From sequence record NC_025447.1: a DNA stretch of 64,000 nucleotides; one strand, given 5' to 3'. Both the position numbers and the translations under genes were made by a program. The DNA is from Escherichia phage 121Q. The notes under the pieces are model-generated. The model saw only the letters and a program-made list of their open reading frames with translations. It searched no databases and was not told where the DNA came from. Every line of letters starts with the position of its first letter. Within the stretch, counting starts at the first letter, position 1. Of this stretch, positions 1 to 12,096 are shown piece after piece.

Positions 1-80
1 AAACATTTAATAATCATGATATTTGCATTACATTAAAAACACCTATTAGTATTGTAATTAAAAAAAATAAAGATGATGAA

Positions 81-383
81 TTGACATTATCTATTGGTCG
101 TGATAAAATCATTTTAAGTAATTTGTCTGAAGAAGAATTCTTTCAAAGAAGTACTATTATCGATATGAAAGATTTCACATATGAATCATTGGTTGAACTC
201 AATACACGTTTTAACGATATTCAGGAACGATTGCGACCAATTCTTCGTATCGAAGAAGAAGCCTGGATTGAAAGTATTAGGAAGATGCAAGAAATGTTGA
301 AAGAAAATATTAACAATCTGGGTAAAGCTACAATGGAATTTGGTAAAACTTTTAAACTGAACTTTTCAAAGGATCGTAAATGA
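81..383 (+). CDS. hypothetical protein, EExFFQxST-motif family
   Basis: ORF track; product contains EEEFFQRSTI. Confidence 0.45.
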   Translation: MTLSIGRDKIILSNLSEEEFFQRSTIIDMKDFTYESLVELNTRFNDIQERLRPILRIEEEAWIESIRKMQEMLKENINNLGKATMEFGKTFKLNFSKDRK

Positions 384-835
384 AAATTGATAATTTGATT
401 CATGTTTTAGGATCTTTACATAAAATATTATCACATCTACATGAGATAAAGAAACTGGGATTTAACATCTCAAATTCAATTGAAACTACATTTAAATATC
501 AATCAATTACTGGTGATGGTTATTACATAATCGAATATACCTATGAAACCGATCCAGACTTCTATCCTCTTACGTTGAGAATTTATCCAACAAATCCGAG
601 AGGAATTCACGACATATCATCAATTTCACTTGATCCAGATGGTGAAACGAGTATTGAATACAATAATGATTCAAAACCAGAATTTTACATTGATGATATT
701 AAAATGATGTTCAACGATGAATATGTGTTCCAGCAAAGTACTGTGCATGATGTTGGAAGTACTAATGGACAATTTTGGAATACATGTTATTATCATATGA
801 TTGAAATTTGTAAATTACTAAAAGGCGATGATTAA
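380..835 (+). CDS. hypothetical protein, EExFFQxST-motif family
   Basis: ORF track; product contains DEYVFQQSTV; start overlaps upstream stop. Confidence 0.45.
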   Translation: MKIDNLIHVLGSLHKILSHLHEIKKLGFNISNSIETTFKYQSITGDGYYIIEYTYETDPDFYPLTLRIYPTNPRGIHDISSISLDPDGETSIEYNNDSKPEFYIDDIKMMFNDEYVFQQSTVHDVGSTNGQFWNTCYYHMIEICKLLKGDD

Positions 836-1218
836 TGAAATACAGCATTGAAGTACATTACACTACAGGGGACACTGAAAATTGTTATGACGTTCTTAAT
901 ACAATTGATATTCAATGGTCTTCTAAAGAGGAAGCAGTTGCTGCTTTACAGTGCCTAAAAGAGCATTGGGTGTTTTATATGAAGCAAGATAATTGCTATA
1001 CTAAAGAACACGAAACTATCGTTGAAAATGCTAAACAAAAAGAGTGGTTTGACCCAATATCACCAGAATATTCATTCTTGGTTAAAGTTGGCGATGTGAC
1101 AGTTCCATTACGAACACCGTGGAACGGCTACTTTGAAACTCTTCATAATGCACGAGTTGTCGCTGTTGATAATCCTGAGCAAATCGATTTCGATTCATTG
1201 GACTGGAAAAAACTATGA
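835..1218 (+). CDS. hypothetical protein
   Basis: ORF track; ATGA overlap with upstream gene. Confidence 0.45.
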   Translation: MKYSIEVHYTTGDTENCYDVLNTIDIQWSSKEEAVAALQCLKEHWVFYMKQDNCYTKEHETIVENAKQKEWFDPISPEYSFLVKVGDVTVPLRTPWNGYFETLHNARVVAVDNPEQIDFDSLDWKKL

Positions 1219-1658
1219 CAGTACTGCACCAATTGAAGAAGGTTAAGCATCCAGTTGTATACGAGGATTGGAAACGACAGAAATTGATGGGTGATTTTTA
1301 TTTCCCAAAATCTAAAGTTCTTGCGAATTCAAGATGTACATATGTCACACATAATTATAAAGATACAGTATTTGTTGAAATGGGTTTCAATCCATCAAAT
1401 ACAATGTTCAGTACTAACCAGACATTTTACAAATTTCATATCAATAAAGATTCATTTTCTATTATGATTATAAAATTTTTAGTTGAAGATCTGGTATACA
1501 GTGAAGAAAGAGTTCCTTTATCATTAGTGGATATTCCTTATGATAATTTAGAGGAAATGTACTTCCAACAGTTGACAGTGCAAGAAAACTTCGGTATGAT
1601 AGGACTTCAAGAGTTAGAGATGATTAAGCAAATTCGTGATATCTACTTTAAGGAGTAA
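1215..1658 (+). CDS. hypothetical protein, EExFFQxST-motif family
   Basis: ORF track; product contains EEMYFQQLTV. Confidence 0.45.
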   Translation: MTVLHQLKKVKHPVVYEDWKRQKLMGDFYFPKSKVLANSRCTYVTHNYKDTVFVEMGFNPSNTMFSTNQTFYKFHINKDSFSIMIIKFLVEDLVYSEERVPLSLVDIPYDNLEEMYFQQLTVQENFGMIGLQELEMIKQIRDIYFKE

Positions 1659-2191
1659 CTATGCCAGTACGTAACAGTACTTCACGCTTTACGCTTCAAC
1701 AGAAAGCAGATCTTTTGAATATGGCTAACAAAGATTCTAATTTTTACTATCTAGTACTCGGTGGGTCAGTAGAAAAGATTGACCTACGTGAGTGTATGAA
1801 ATAACAAAAGGGGACTAAAAATGAGTCTACGTGAATCATGGGAACAATTTAAAGAAGAGATTGGTTATCGTGGTGTTAAGATTGAAAAAATCAATCGAAC
1901 CGAAAGCATCAAAGCCAGTACTAATGGCACTACCTATGATCGTTATGATGAAAAGTATGGTTTGCATTCTAAACCGAAGGATACTGAATAATGGTATACA
2001 CTAACATTTTTACTGGTATTATGCGTAAATTTATTAATGGTACTGGATACGTATCTAATGACAACGGTAGTACATGGGTAAAAAATAATACGTCTGAATC
2101 TTTAGTAAAAAGTCTTCCGTATTATAAAGCTTGACACATGAAAATGGAGTATATATAATACTCCTATATTAATTAAACGAGGATATACGAA

Positions 2192-2764
2192 ATGGCTGGT
2201 GTTGATAAAATTTGTGAATTCAGTTCAGATTATGAAGGTTACGAGATGTACAAGTCCAAGCGTAATCACATTCAAGTACTGTCAAAGTACCGTAAAGAAT
2301 TCCGAGGCCACAAAGCAACATTGTATGTTTTTGAGAATGGATATTCTGAAGTTTTCACAAGTGGTGGGTACAGTACAGCTAACATGGCACATATCAACCC
2401 AAACCCAACTGAAGATGATTGGAATAGTGGTAACGCTTTTCGTATTTCAATTTTGAATAAAATGAATCGTTACGACCGTTATTGTACATTCTTTGAAAAT
2501 ATTTCAGAATACAAACAAGCATTAAAGAAATATAATCAACGCTTACTAATGAATTATGATTACATTCTTCATGTGCCAACTGTTCCAGGTCAGGTTAATG
2601 GTCTGTATACGAATAGTACACATGATTTAACTGCGGTGAAGCGTCGCCTCAAACGTATGTTGGGTTGTCGTAATTTAACAATCAAGGTTATGCGTAATGA
2701 ATCAATGTATAACTTTTTAGATGTACTACACTACACACTGAAGGATAATAATGGAAACGATTAA
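2192..2764 (+). CDS. hypothetical protein
   Basis: ORF track; preceded by TTGACA...TATATAAT promoter-like sequence near 2130-2160. Confidence 0.45.
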   Translation: MAGVDKICEFSSDYEGYEMYKSKRNHIQVLSKYRKEFRGHKATLYVFENGYSEVFTSGGYSTANMAHINPNPTEDDWNSGNAFRISILNKMNRYDRYCTFFENISEYKQALKKYNQRLLMNYDYILHVPTVPGQVNGLYTNSTHDLTAVKRRLKRMLGCRNLTIKVMRNESMYNFLDVLHYTLKDNNGND

Positions 2765-2944
2765 GTTTATGTTTGAGGTGTTTGTTGCATTCATCTTATG
2801 TGCTGTGTCTCTTACTATTGCTTTAATCCCAGTAATCGTTTACCAAGTTAATGGTGGGACAGATCCAACAATTGATATTTTACTTCGTTGTTTCGGCTTT
2901 TTTATATGGTTGGCGATGTTTATGTACTACATGCATCTTGAGGA

Positions 2945-3781
2945 TTGATTATGTCATTAGAAAAAATAATCATTTCTGAATTCCGAAAGTATATCATGGA
3001 TTGTGATAGAGATGTGCAGCGTAAGTTCAATGAGTACCTTGACAAATATCCGTATTTGATGTTTAATCCGTTTGAAACTGATGATGATTTATATCTTGGT
3101 TTTTACATAGGATTTACTCAACGAATTCTTCATAAAGATGAAATGAAACAATCTGAGATTTGGGTAGAAACTGACTCATCAGAGTCTAATGTTTTTTATC
3201 TTTATACATATTATGCCGAAATTGTTAGAGATACGACACCTGATGGTTGTCTATTTATACAATCGTCTGATATTGAAAGAATATATATCGAACCTGTATC
3301 TTTAGATATGGTTGCCCAGCTTCCAACTATCCAACAGTTAGGTGCAGACGAATTAACTTATTCTGTATTTGAATATCTAGGTAGAGATGATTTGACTCAA
3401 GAAATTGATAAAATGGTTTCTAAATATACTTCATCACTTATTTCAAATGGTAAACTTAAATTAGAATTAATTTTTGAAGATACTAGTATTAATCCAGTAA
3501 GAGGGGTAACAATTGGAAAAGTTACCATACGTGTTGTTTACGATAATGAAGTATTAGGATATATTTCAAAACGTGGACATGATTTATGTATAATTAGTAC
3601 ATTCGTTGTTTCTCGTAAAAAATGGAATGATTTAATGCAAAAAATCGTGGACGGTAGTAAAATTCGTGATATAATATGTAATGACATGGTAATTATTAAT
3701 CCTGATGTTGACTGTGATGTATATTTTCCAGTTCCTGGATTTACACGAGAAAACTTTAGTAAATTGAAGGATAAGAAATGA
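2945..3781 (+). CDS. hypothetical protein
   Basis: ORF track; 278 aa; co-directional tight packing. Confidence 0.5.
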   Translation: MIMSLEKIIISEFRKYIMDCDRDVQRKFNEYLDKYPYLMFNPFETDDDLYLGFYIGFTQRILHKDEMKQSEIWVETDSSESNVFYLYTYYAEIVRDTTPDGCLFIQSSDIERIYIEPVSLDMVAQLPTIQQLGADELTYSVFEYLGRDDLTQEIDKMVSKYTSSLISNGKLKLELIFEDTSINPVRGVTIGKVTIRVVYDNEVLGYISKRGHDLCIISTFVVSRKKWNDLMQKIVDGSKIRDIICNDMVIINPDVDCDVYFPVPGFTRENFSKLKDKK

Positions 3782-4068
3782 AAATTTTAGAAGTCTTGCT
3801 AGAAAAAGATGCATCTGGTACTCTTTATGTTGGTAATGAGTTCAGTCCAGATCCAATTGATATGTTACAGAGAATCCAAACACTGACTCAAAACATCTCG
3901 GTTAAAAAACCGTTTCAGAAAGAATTGGAAATCTTTTGTGATAAAGATATTGAACAGCATGATAATGTGATTTCAGATATTAAAAGTCTATTGACAAAAA
4001 ATGGTTATGTAGAGTATAATCCTCCTATCGTAATCGTTATTCCAGACTTCATGAAAGGAACAATTTAA
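3778..4068 (+). CDS. hypothetical protein
   Basis: ORF track; ATGA overlap with upstream gene. Confidence 0.4.
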   Translation: MKILEVLLEKDASGTLYVGNEFSPDPIDMLQRIQTLTQNISVKKPFQKELEIFCDKDIEQHDNVISDIKSLLTKNGYVEYNPPIVIVIPDFMKGTI

Positions 4069-4337
4069 TGACTAAAGAAGAAATGAAATCTCGCTTAAGC
4101 GAACTGAAGAAAGAACGTAAACTAGTACGTTTAGACTGGGATATCCTTAACAGGAAAGATGAGCAATCATATGCTAACTGGAGTTCTGATAAAGTACGAA
4201 ATGACCGTTCTAAAGAAGATGCAAAGCAATTCATGGCATTATCGAAGCGACTATCATCTTTGAACAGTGAAATTACTGGCCTTCAGAAAGAGATTATTTC
4301 CATTCTTAAAGCGGAGATTGAATCACTCTATGAATAA
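4068..4337 (+). CDS. hypothetical protein (Lys/Glu-rich, coiled-coil-like)
   Basis: ORF track. Confidence 0.4.
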   Translation: MTKEEMKSRLSELKKERKLVRLDWDILNRKDEQSYANWSSDKVRNDRSKEDAKQFMALSKRLSSLNSEITGLQKEIISILKAEIESLYE

Positions 4338-4626
4338 ACATGAAGTAATTCATTTTGATGATAAGATCTATATTCCAAATATTGATAGTACTGAAACATA
4401 TTACCTAATCAATAAGATTATGGCTGAAACAAATACGTGTTGTCGTCAACAGCCAGGAAAATATGAGTTCAGTCAGACTATTGGTTATTACCGATATGAT
4501 ATGTTAGAATCATTTACAATTGATAAGTCTAAAGTTATTGACATTCTTGTACAGAATGGATATAATGAACAACGTGTAAATAATACAGATTTACCAGTTT
4601 CAAAAATTGTTCTTTCTAATAATTAA
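4330..4626 (+). CDS. hypothetical protein
   Basis: ATG at 4330 (MNKHEV...) overlapping upstream stop; track ORF 4267-4626 trimmed to this start. Confidence 0.4.
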   Translation: MNKHEVIHFDDKIYIPNIDSTETYYLINKIMAETNTCCRQQPGKYEFSQTIGYYRYDMLESFTIDKSKVIDILVQNGYNEQRVNNTDLPVSKIVLSNN

Positions 4627-4629
4627 AAA

Positions 4630-4713
4630 TTGGACAAGAACAGATATTGTGATATAATGTTTGTTATCGGCAGATATTAAAATGCAAACCATTCCTCAAT
4701 GATGAGGGTTTTT
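4630..4713 (+). promoter_or_regulatory. sigma70-like promoter (TTGGACA / TGTGATATAAT) followed by leader stem-loop CCTCAatgaTGAGG + T-run
   Basis: -35/-10-like hexamers with extended TG; hairpin at 4694-4707 then GTTTTT; upstream of ORF 4742. Confidence 0.4.
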
Positions 4714-4741
4714 CATAAAAAAGAAATAAAAGGGTATTAAA

Positions 4742-4951
4742 ATGGCTAAAGAAACTAACGCACAAGTACTAGATATCACCGACTTCGACCGCACTGTGAA
4801 CTACATTCAATTCCAGATTCATCAAGCAGAAGAAGCTCTAGCAGTATTCCACGGTACTGGTGCAAGGCCAATCCGTTTTGCTCACTTGATTGCATGGAAG
4901 AAAAGTCTTCAAGAAGAACTATCTGAACTGCGTAAAGCAAATCGTAAGTAA
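4742..4951 (+). CDS. hypothetical protein
   Basis: ORF track; RBS-like AAAGGG upstream. Confidence 0.45.
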   Translation: MAKETNAQVLDITDFDRTVNYIQFQIHQAEEALAVFHGTGARPIRFAHLIAWKKSLQEELSELRKANRK

Positions 4952-5016
4952 TTTATCTTACCGCCTCATCATTTTTGATGGGGCATTTTAATCATATAAA
5001 GTAAGAGGATTTATAA

Positions 5017-5523
5017 ATGAGTGTTGAATATTGGTTTTTGTTTGTGTGTATTGGTACACTTGCATTAATCACCATTGGATTGATTTTCAATACCATGATT
5101 AGTGGAAGTAAGTACTTTAAGACATTCCAACTTTTAATGTCTGCTATGCCATATAGTGCTGATGCCGAAAAAACAATTTCTCTAATTTTAGATAAGTTCG
5201 ATGCAAATCTTTTGGTGGCTAAAATTTCAGCATGTGATACAAATATTTCATTTTACACTGTAGAGACAGAACAGAATGGGATTGATACACAATACTCAAA
5301 TCCAGTAGTTGCTGAAATTTTCATTGGTTCAAAATATTATGCCTATGGATATGTAAGAAAATATTATTCAGAAGCAAAAGCTGAGTTGACGAAGAAGCGA
5401 CCATCAATAAAAACTTTAAAACGCATCATTGCGTTGGAAAAATCACTTCGTGGTCAAACAAGCGTTAATGAGCCACCATCAGTGATTAAATCCAAAAAAA
5501 GTAATGTTGTGGAGTTGGAGTAA
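5017..5523 (+). CDS. hypothetical protein with N-terminal transmembrane helix
   Basis: ORF track; hydrophobic N-terminus FLFVCIGTLALITIGLIF. Confidence 0.45.
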   Translation: MSVEYWFLFVCIGTLALITIGLIFNTMISGSKYFKTFQLLMSAMPYSADAEKTISLILDKFDANLLVAKISACDTNISFYTVETEQNGIDTQYSNPVVAEIFIGSKYYAYGYVRKYYSEAKAELTKKRPSIKTLKRIIALEKSLRGQTSVNEPPSVIKSKKSNVVELE

Positions 5524-5813
5524 TGGAACCAGAAAAATCAAGAAAAATTCTTATTGATGTCCAAACTAAATTATTAGATATTATGGAAATCATCAATGAG
5601 TTACCACAGGGTTATCAGTACAAAGTTCGTGAAATGTTATCTTGTGCCGAAACCGTTGTTTCTATGTACGATGATATTCAACATGGTATTATCCCTGATA
5701 TTCTCAAAGATGACGTAAATATTAACACTGAGGTAAAAGAAACTAAATTAGAATCAGAAACAGTATCTAATAAAAAAGTTCTAGACCTTAGTGGTATAAA
5801 AATTAATATCTAA
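5523..5813 (+). CDS. hypothetical protein
   Basis: ORF track. Confidence 0.4.
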   Translation: MEPEKSRKILIDVQTKLLDIMEIINELPQGYQYKVREMLSCAETVVSMYDDIQHGIIPDILKDDVNINTEVKETKLESETVSNKKVLDLSGIKINI

Positions 5814-6001
5814 AAAACATCCAATAGGAGAAGTAATGAGTAATCAAAAAATCGACTTAGTAGTAAAACTTCAAGAGATTCAAGCACTAGCTAAAGACCT
5901 TGATAACACACGTGCATCAGTAGTTGATTCACTATGTGCAACAATCCTGACTGTTTTTACAGATTACGAAAAGAAATCTGATTAAACGTTACTTTGTAAA
6001 T

Positions 6002-6028
6002 ACCCAGTCAAGTACTGGGTATTTTTTT
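6002..6028 (+). terminator. rho-independent terminator-like hairpin
   Basis: ACCCAGTcaagtACTGGGT followed by ATTTTTTT. Confidence 0.5.
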
Positions 6029-6039
6029 AAGGAAATAAA

Positions 6040-6432
6040 ATGACTGAATCAGAACTACACGAAATGATAGATTTCATTTATGAAATGGTGCAAGATAAAA
6101 ATAACATCAATACAATTACTACTGGACCAAGACAAATTGGTAACCAAATGACCTATTCGTTGTCTTTATGGTTACACCCGAACTTCAAGGTTGATTGTTT
6201 GTATTTCCGTCCTGATATTGATGCTTATTATTTTGTAAATCATGATGCATTAATGAAACCAAATAAGCGTACAGTTGATGATACCTTTGTGACACACCCA
6301 TTTTACCTGGCTGATTCCGAAGAAGATGAGTTTCAAAAGAACACAACGTTAAACCTAGGTGAAATTTGCATCCCTCACGAACTTAAAGATAAAATGAATC
6401 ACATCACAGAAGTTATGAAAACATGCTTGTAA
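6040..6432 (+). CDS. hypothetical protein, EExFFQxST-motif family
   Basis: ORF track; product contains EEDEFQKNTT. Confidence 0.45.
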   Translation: MTESELHEMIDFIYEMVQDKNNINTITTGPRQIGNQMTYSLSLWLHPNFKVDCLYFRPDIDAYYFVNHDALMKPNKRTVDDTFVTHPFYLADSEEDEFQKNTTLNLGEICIPHELKDKMNHITEVMKTCL

Positions 6433-6480
6433 GTGCAATGAATCTCTAGTATAATACTATGACTTTTTTAAGGAGAACAT

Positions 6481-7050
6481 ATGAACTTTATTAAATTCAA
6501 CACATCTGAGTTAGAAGCATACTTTAATACAAATAATAAATTCAATATTATTCTTAAAGACGGAACAACTGTTATCGGAGTATCATTGCTTTCATTTGAT
6601 GGCGAAAAACTCAAAACTGTTTATAAATTCACCAATCTTGATGGTGATTACTGGGATACATCAGATGTATCTAAAATTTGTACACATTATGTATTTGAAT
6701 CAATTGAAGTTGGTGATGGATGGGCATTGACCTGTAATGGTAATAAAGTATTTTCTGGTAACATATTTGGGGTAATTTCAAGTAAAGAAATCGTAGACCA
6801 TCATCTTCATGTTCTCAATAATAACGCCAACACTTATACACCTGATAATATCAAAATTCACGATATTGTAACATATACTGATTATAATGGTTTCAGTCAT
6901 AAAGCAATCGTAACTGAAGTTAAAAAACCAAAAAATTATTTCGACCACGGTTTAATTGAAGTATATATGGTAGGTGGCGACACACAATACTTTGAACATT
7001 TCACTTATACTGGTTGGGATAGATTTCTAACCGTTATTGAGGAATACTAA
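6481..7050 (+). CDS. hypothetical protein
   Basis: ORF track; GGAGAA RBS-like upstream. Confidence 0.5.
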   Translation: MNFIKFNTSELEAYFNTNNKFNIILKDGTTVIGVSLLSFDGEKLKTVYKFTNLDGDYWDTSDVSKICTHYVFESIEVGDGWALTCNGNKVFSGNIFGVISSKEIVDHHLHVLNNNANTYTPDNIKIHDIVTYTDYNGFSHKAIVTEVKKPKNYFDHGLIEVYMVGGDTQYFEHFTYTGWDRFLTVIEEY

Positions 7051-7051
7051 C

Positions 7052-7540
7052 ATGCCTATTCGTGGTGTACCAGAGCCATTAAATGAAGTATTAAAATATG
7101 TTAATATTGAACTGCGAGATGTAAATCTTCGAAGAAATAATATATATTACTTTAAATCAACTGAAATGTGTTCAGTGCAAGTAATTATAGGTACATCTGT
7201 TAAGATAACTCGTGTACTTGATGGTAGTACAGATTTCGTCGAATACAACGTACTTACTAACAAAGTAACACACACATATAAATGGAGTGGGTATAAAACT
7301 ATTAAGTATGAGTTTGATGTTGCTAGAACTGAAGAAGAACGATTTATGTTAAGTACTATCAATCCAGCAAACTACCCTGAACTTGATACATTTTTGCTAA
7401 TTTTAAAACTGTATAATGAAGCAAATGGGAAAGCTAAGGAGTATGATAGAATTATGTATGAACGCAAAAAAGAACGTGCTCAGAAAAGTTATGATCTTTA
7501 TGATAACCCATATGTAAAATATAATAAGGGGAGAAAATGA
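7052..7540 (+). CDS. hypothetical protein
   Basis: ATG at 7052 directly after upstream stop (track starts at alternative codon 7037). Confidence 0.45.
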   Translation: MPIRGVPEPLNEVLKYVNIELRDVNLRRNNIYYFKSTEMCSVQVIIGTSVKITRVLDGSTDFVEYNVLTNKVTHTYKWSGYKTIKYEFDVARTEEERFMLSTINPANYPELDTFLLILKLYNEANGKAKEYDRIMYERKKERAQKSYDLYDNPYVKYNKGRK

Positions 7541-7941
7541 ATAACGAAGTTGAAATTATCATAACTCCACCTATACAAAGTCTTGATGTATCTATTAGTG
7601 ATTTTTTAGAAAAATATTATGAATGGTTTAATAATGATAATATCATTTATAATCATACATTACCAGATGGTTTCGTGGAGCTTATAGAATTAAATTCAAA
7701 ATCACTATACTTCTGTGTTGAATACAATGATTATATGACAGATGAAGCTTATCGTTTTCGTTGTACATTGTATCCGAATTATTTTTCAATAGGTTATAAA
7801 GACTACCAGTACTGCACCACTAACTACAGTGTAGAGGAAGAATTTCAGTACAATTTACTTTATCCAGATTTAGATTATACTATTGCAGTACTGTTATCTA
7901 AAATTATGGATTTTTATAAAGGTAAATACAGTGCAGCCTAA
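7537..7941 (+). CDS. hypothetical protein, EExFFQxST-motif family
   Basis: ORF track; product contains VEEEFQYNLL. Confidence 0.45.
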   Translation: MNNEVEIIITPPIQSLDVSISDFLEKYYEWFNNDNIIYNHTLPDGFVELIELNSKSLYFCVEYNDYMTDEAYRFRCTLYPNYFSIGYKDYQYCTTNYSVEEEFQYNLLYPDLDYTIAVLLSKIMDFYKGKYSAA

Positions 7942-8116
7942 AACATTTGACGAGTGGTATCAAATGCATTACAATATAAATGCAGGTGATGTATACTTCT
8001 TTAAGTTGGAGTTGTTTTTATTGTTAAATGATCCCGAATCGTACTATAACAATATCATTTATTGTGATGATTTTAGTACATATTTTAGTATTGCAGTTAT
8101 GGATATAAAAAGATGA
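7883..8116 (+). CDS. hypothetical small protein, possibly related to MTHEEW family (start uncertain)
   Basis: ORF track; contains TFDEWYQMHY resembling the MTHEEW N-termini; real start may be GTG near 7932. Confidence 0.3.
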   Translation: MQYCYLKLWIFIKVNTVQPKTFDEWYQMHYNINAGDVYFFKLELFLLLNDPESYYNNIIYCDDFSTYFSIAVMDIKR

Positions 8117-8477
8117 CACATGAAGAATGGTTGGTACAAACTGAACACTTGGTTATAGCAAGTATGAAATTTTGAAATGAACAGTTGATGCACTTGGTAA
8201 GTAATAAAGCGTATTACGATGCATTCTTTGGGAAAAATGCTACAATTGAGGTTCATGTGTATTATGCTATTACATTTGGTGATTAATTTATGAAATATGA
8301 ACATTTAAAATACTATGCTGATAGAATAAATTATTATCCCTTTTATATAAGATTAGATGCATTAATATCAAAAAAAGTTGTATATAAACGTTCTCAAGCT
8401 GATCTAACCAATATAGCATTCATTCTTGCAGTACTGTCTAAAATGGGATAATATTAAATTAAGATGGATATTAAGAG

Positions 8478-8654
8478 ATGACACATGAAGAATGGTTAGA
8501 TGAACTAAAATTCAAACATAATCCTTTTGGTTTTGGTATACGCCAAGGTCATTATGATGTGTTAAAAGATAAACAACTTTTCAAATCATTTGTACTTGAT
8601 GCGGATAGCAACCACTGGTTCATCTATGAGCTTGCAATTAGAGACAAAAAATAG
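8478..8654 (+). CDS. small protein, MTHEEW family
   Basis: ATG-initiated 58-codon ORF starting MTHEEWLDEL...; below the track size cut-off. Confidence 0.4.
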   Translation: MTHEEWLDELKFKHNPFGFGIRQGHYDVLKDKQLFKSFVLDADSNHWFIYELAIRDKK

Positions 8655-8659
8655 TAAGA

Positions 8660-8995
<336 letters not shown>

Positions 8996-8996
8996 A

Positions 8997-9179
8997 ATGA
9001 CACACGAAGAATGGATGTACAAACAGCATAAAGAACATGACTGCTTTGGGAATGGTATTCGTCAGGTACATTATGATATTCTCAAAGATATAAATTTATT
9101 CATAAAATATGTTTTGGATGAAAATAAACATTGGTTTATATATGAGATTGCATATAGAAACTCAAATAAACAAAAATAA
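8997..9179 (+). CDS. small protein, MTHEEW family
   Basis: Product MTHEEWMYKQ...; track ORF 8979-9179 trimmed to the family ATG. Confidence 0.4.
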   Translation: MTHEEWMYKQHKEHDCFGNGIRQVHYDILKDINLFIKYVLDENKHWFIYEIAYRNSNKQK

Positions 9180-9193
9180 ATAAGGAATATATT

Positions 9194-9412
9194 ATGGAAA
9201 CAACGTTATTTGAAGTTATTCAAGCATTAAAAACTGGTGATGACATTCAAGTATTGCTACATGGTTATCGTTTAAAAGGCACTGTGGTTTTAGTTAATGA
9301 CACAACGTTAGTTATTGCCGAAACAAATCCATATGATAGTAATCAAGTTGCTAATATCCATATTGATATTAAAAGCATTATTGGTGTAGGCGTAAATAAA
9401 AATCAAGAATAA
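9194..9412 (+). CDS. hypothetical protein
   Basis: ORF track; AAGGAA RBS-like upstream. Confidence 0.4.
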   Translation: METTLFEVIQALKTGDDIQVLLHGYRLKGTVVLVNDTTLVIAETNPYDSNQVANIHIDIKSIIGVGVNKNQE

Positions 9413-9490
9413 CAAATGTTTTTGAAAAAAACCAGAAAATGAATGATTTTTTTGGACAACTCAAAAATATATGATATAATAATTAGTACA

Positions 9491-9580
<90 letters not shown>

Positions 9581-9584
9581 ATAT

Positions 9585-9680
<96 letters not shown>

Positions 9681-9689
9681 CTAAAAACC

Positions 9690-9854
9690 ATGACGCATGA
9701 AGAATGGATGAATGATATTAATTTTAGATATTCGGGTATCGGTAGTTGGCGAAAATATCATTGGGAAATTATTTCAGACCCAGCAGAATACGATAAACTT
9801 ATAAACCATGAAGTATATCCGTGGTTCTTTATTGAAATAATGGTACGAATATGA
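9690..9854 (+). CDS. small protein, MTHEEW family
   Basis: 54-codon ORF MTHEEWMNDINFRYSGIGSW...; stop overlaps next ATG (ATGA). Confidence 0.45.
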   Translation: MTHEEWMNDINFRYSGIGSWRKYHWEIISDPAEYDKLINHEVYPWFFIEIMVRI

Positions 9855-10011
9855 CGCATGAAGAATGGATGAATGACATTAATTTTAGATATTCGGGTAT
9901 CGGTAAATGGCTAAAGTATCATTGGGAATTCATTTCAGAGCCACATATGTATGATAAACTTATCAACGATCCAGCATATGAAATGTACTTAATTGAACTA
10001 CTGGTACGAAT

Positions 10012-10015
<4 letters not shown>
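9851..10015 (+). CDS. small protein, MTHEEW family
   Basis: 54-codon ORF MTHEEWMNDINFRYSGIGKW...; ATGA overlaps at both ends. Confidence 0.45.
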
Positions 10016-10595
<580 letters not shown>

Positions 10596-10599
<4 letters not shown>

Positions 10600-10627
10600 C
10601 TAAATAATTCAGTACTGAGGATATTAA
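10596..10627 (+). promoter_or_regulatory. sigma70-like promoter variant (TTGACT ... TATTAAT)
   Basis: Same TTGACTAAATAxTTCAGTACTG core as neighbouring promoters. Confidence 0.4.
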
Positions 10628-10656
10628 TATGTTTAAAGATGAACGTCCAGATTTGT

Positions 10657-10694
<38 letters not shown>

Positions 10695-10699
10695 GAATT

Positions 10700-11040
10700 C
10701 CACAATCAGACGTATATGGTGTAAGCTACGTCGATGCAATCCAGAACAAGATCTCTGGTACTCTAGGAAGTGGTGAATGTTAACCTAGACGGGTTTGATA
10801 ATTGGACGATAGGCAATTATTACTTGACTAGCAGGTTGAAACTAGAGGTGACAGTCCTTCACCAAACTGGAAAACCGGATGGACTTTTATTTAAAAGGGT
10901 AAGGCGTGGAAATATGTTTACAGAAGTTGCTTTTAGTAGCCTGTACGCCCCACGACAAGGTAGCCGAAAGGTAAGTTAAAACGGGTGGTTATAAAGCTGA
11001 ATTAACAGCGGCGTTTAAAAGCGTCACCATCCATTTTTTT
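10700..11040 (+). ncRNA. candidate structured non-coding RNA (unclassified)
   Basis: About 340 nt with no ORF, GC-richer than flanks, just downstream of a consensus promoter; GNRA-type hairpins (e.g. CCGAAAGG); ends in a T-run. Confidence 0.25.
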
Positions 11041-11056
11041 AATTAAAGTTGGCGAT

Positions 11057-11809
<753 letters not shown>

Positions 11810-11826
11810 TTCACATGATATAGGGA

Positions 11827-12088
<262 letters not shown>

Positions 12089-12096
12089 GAATCTTC

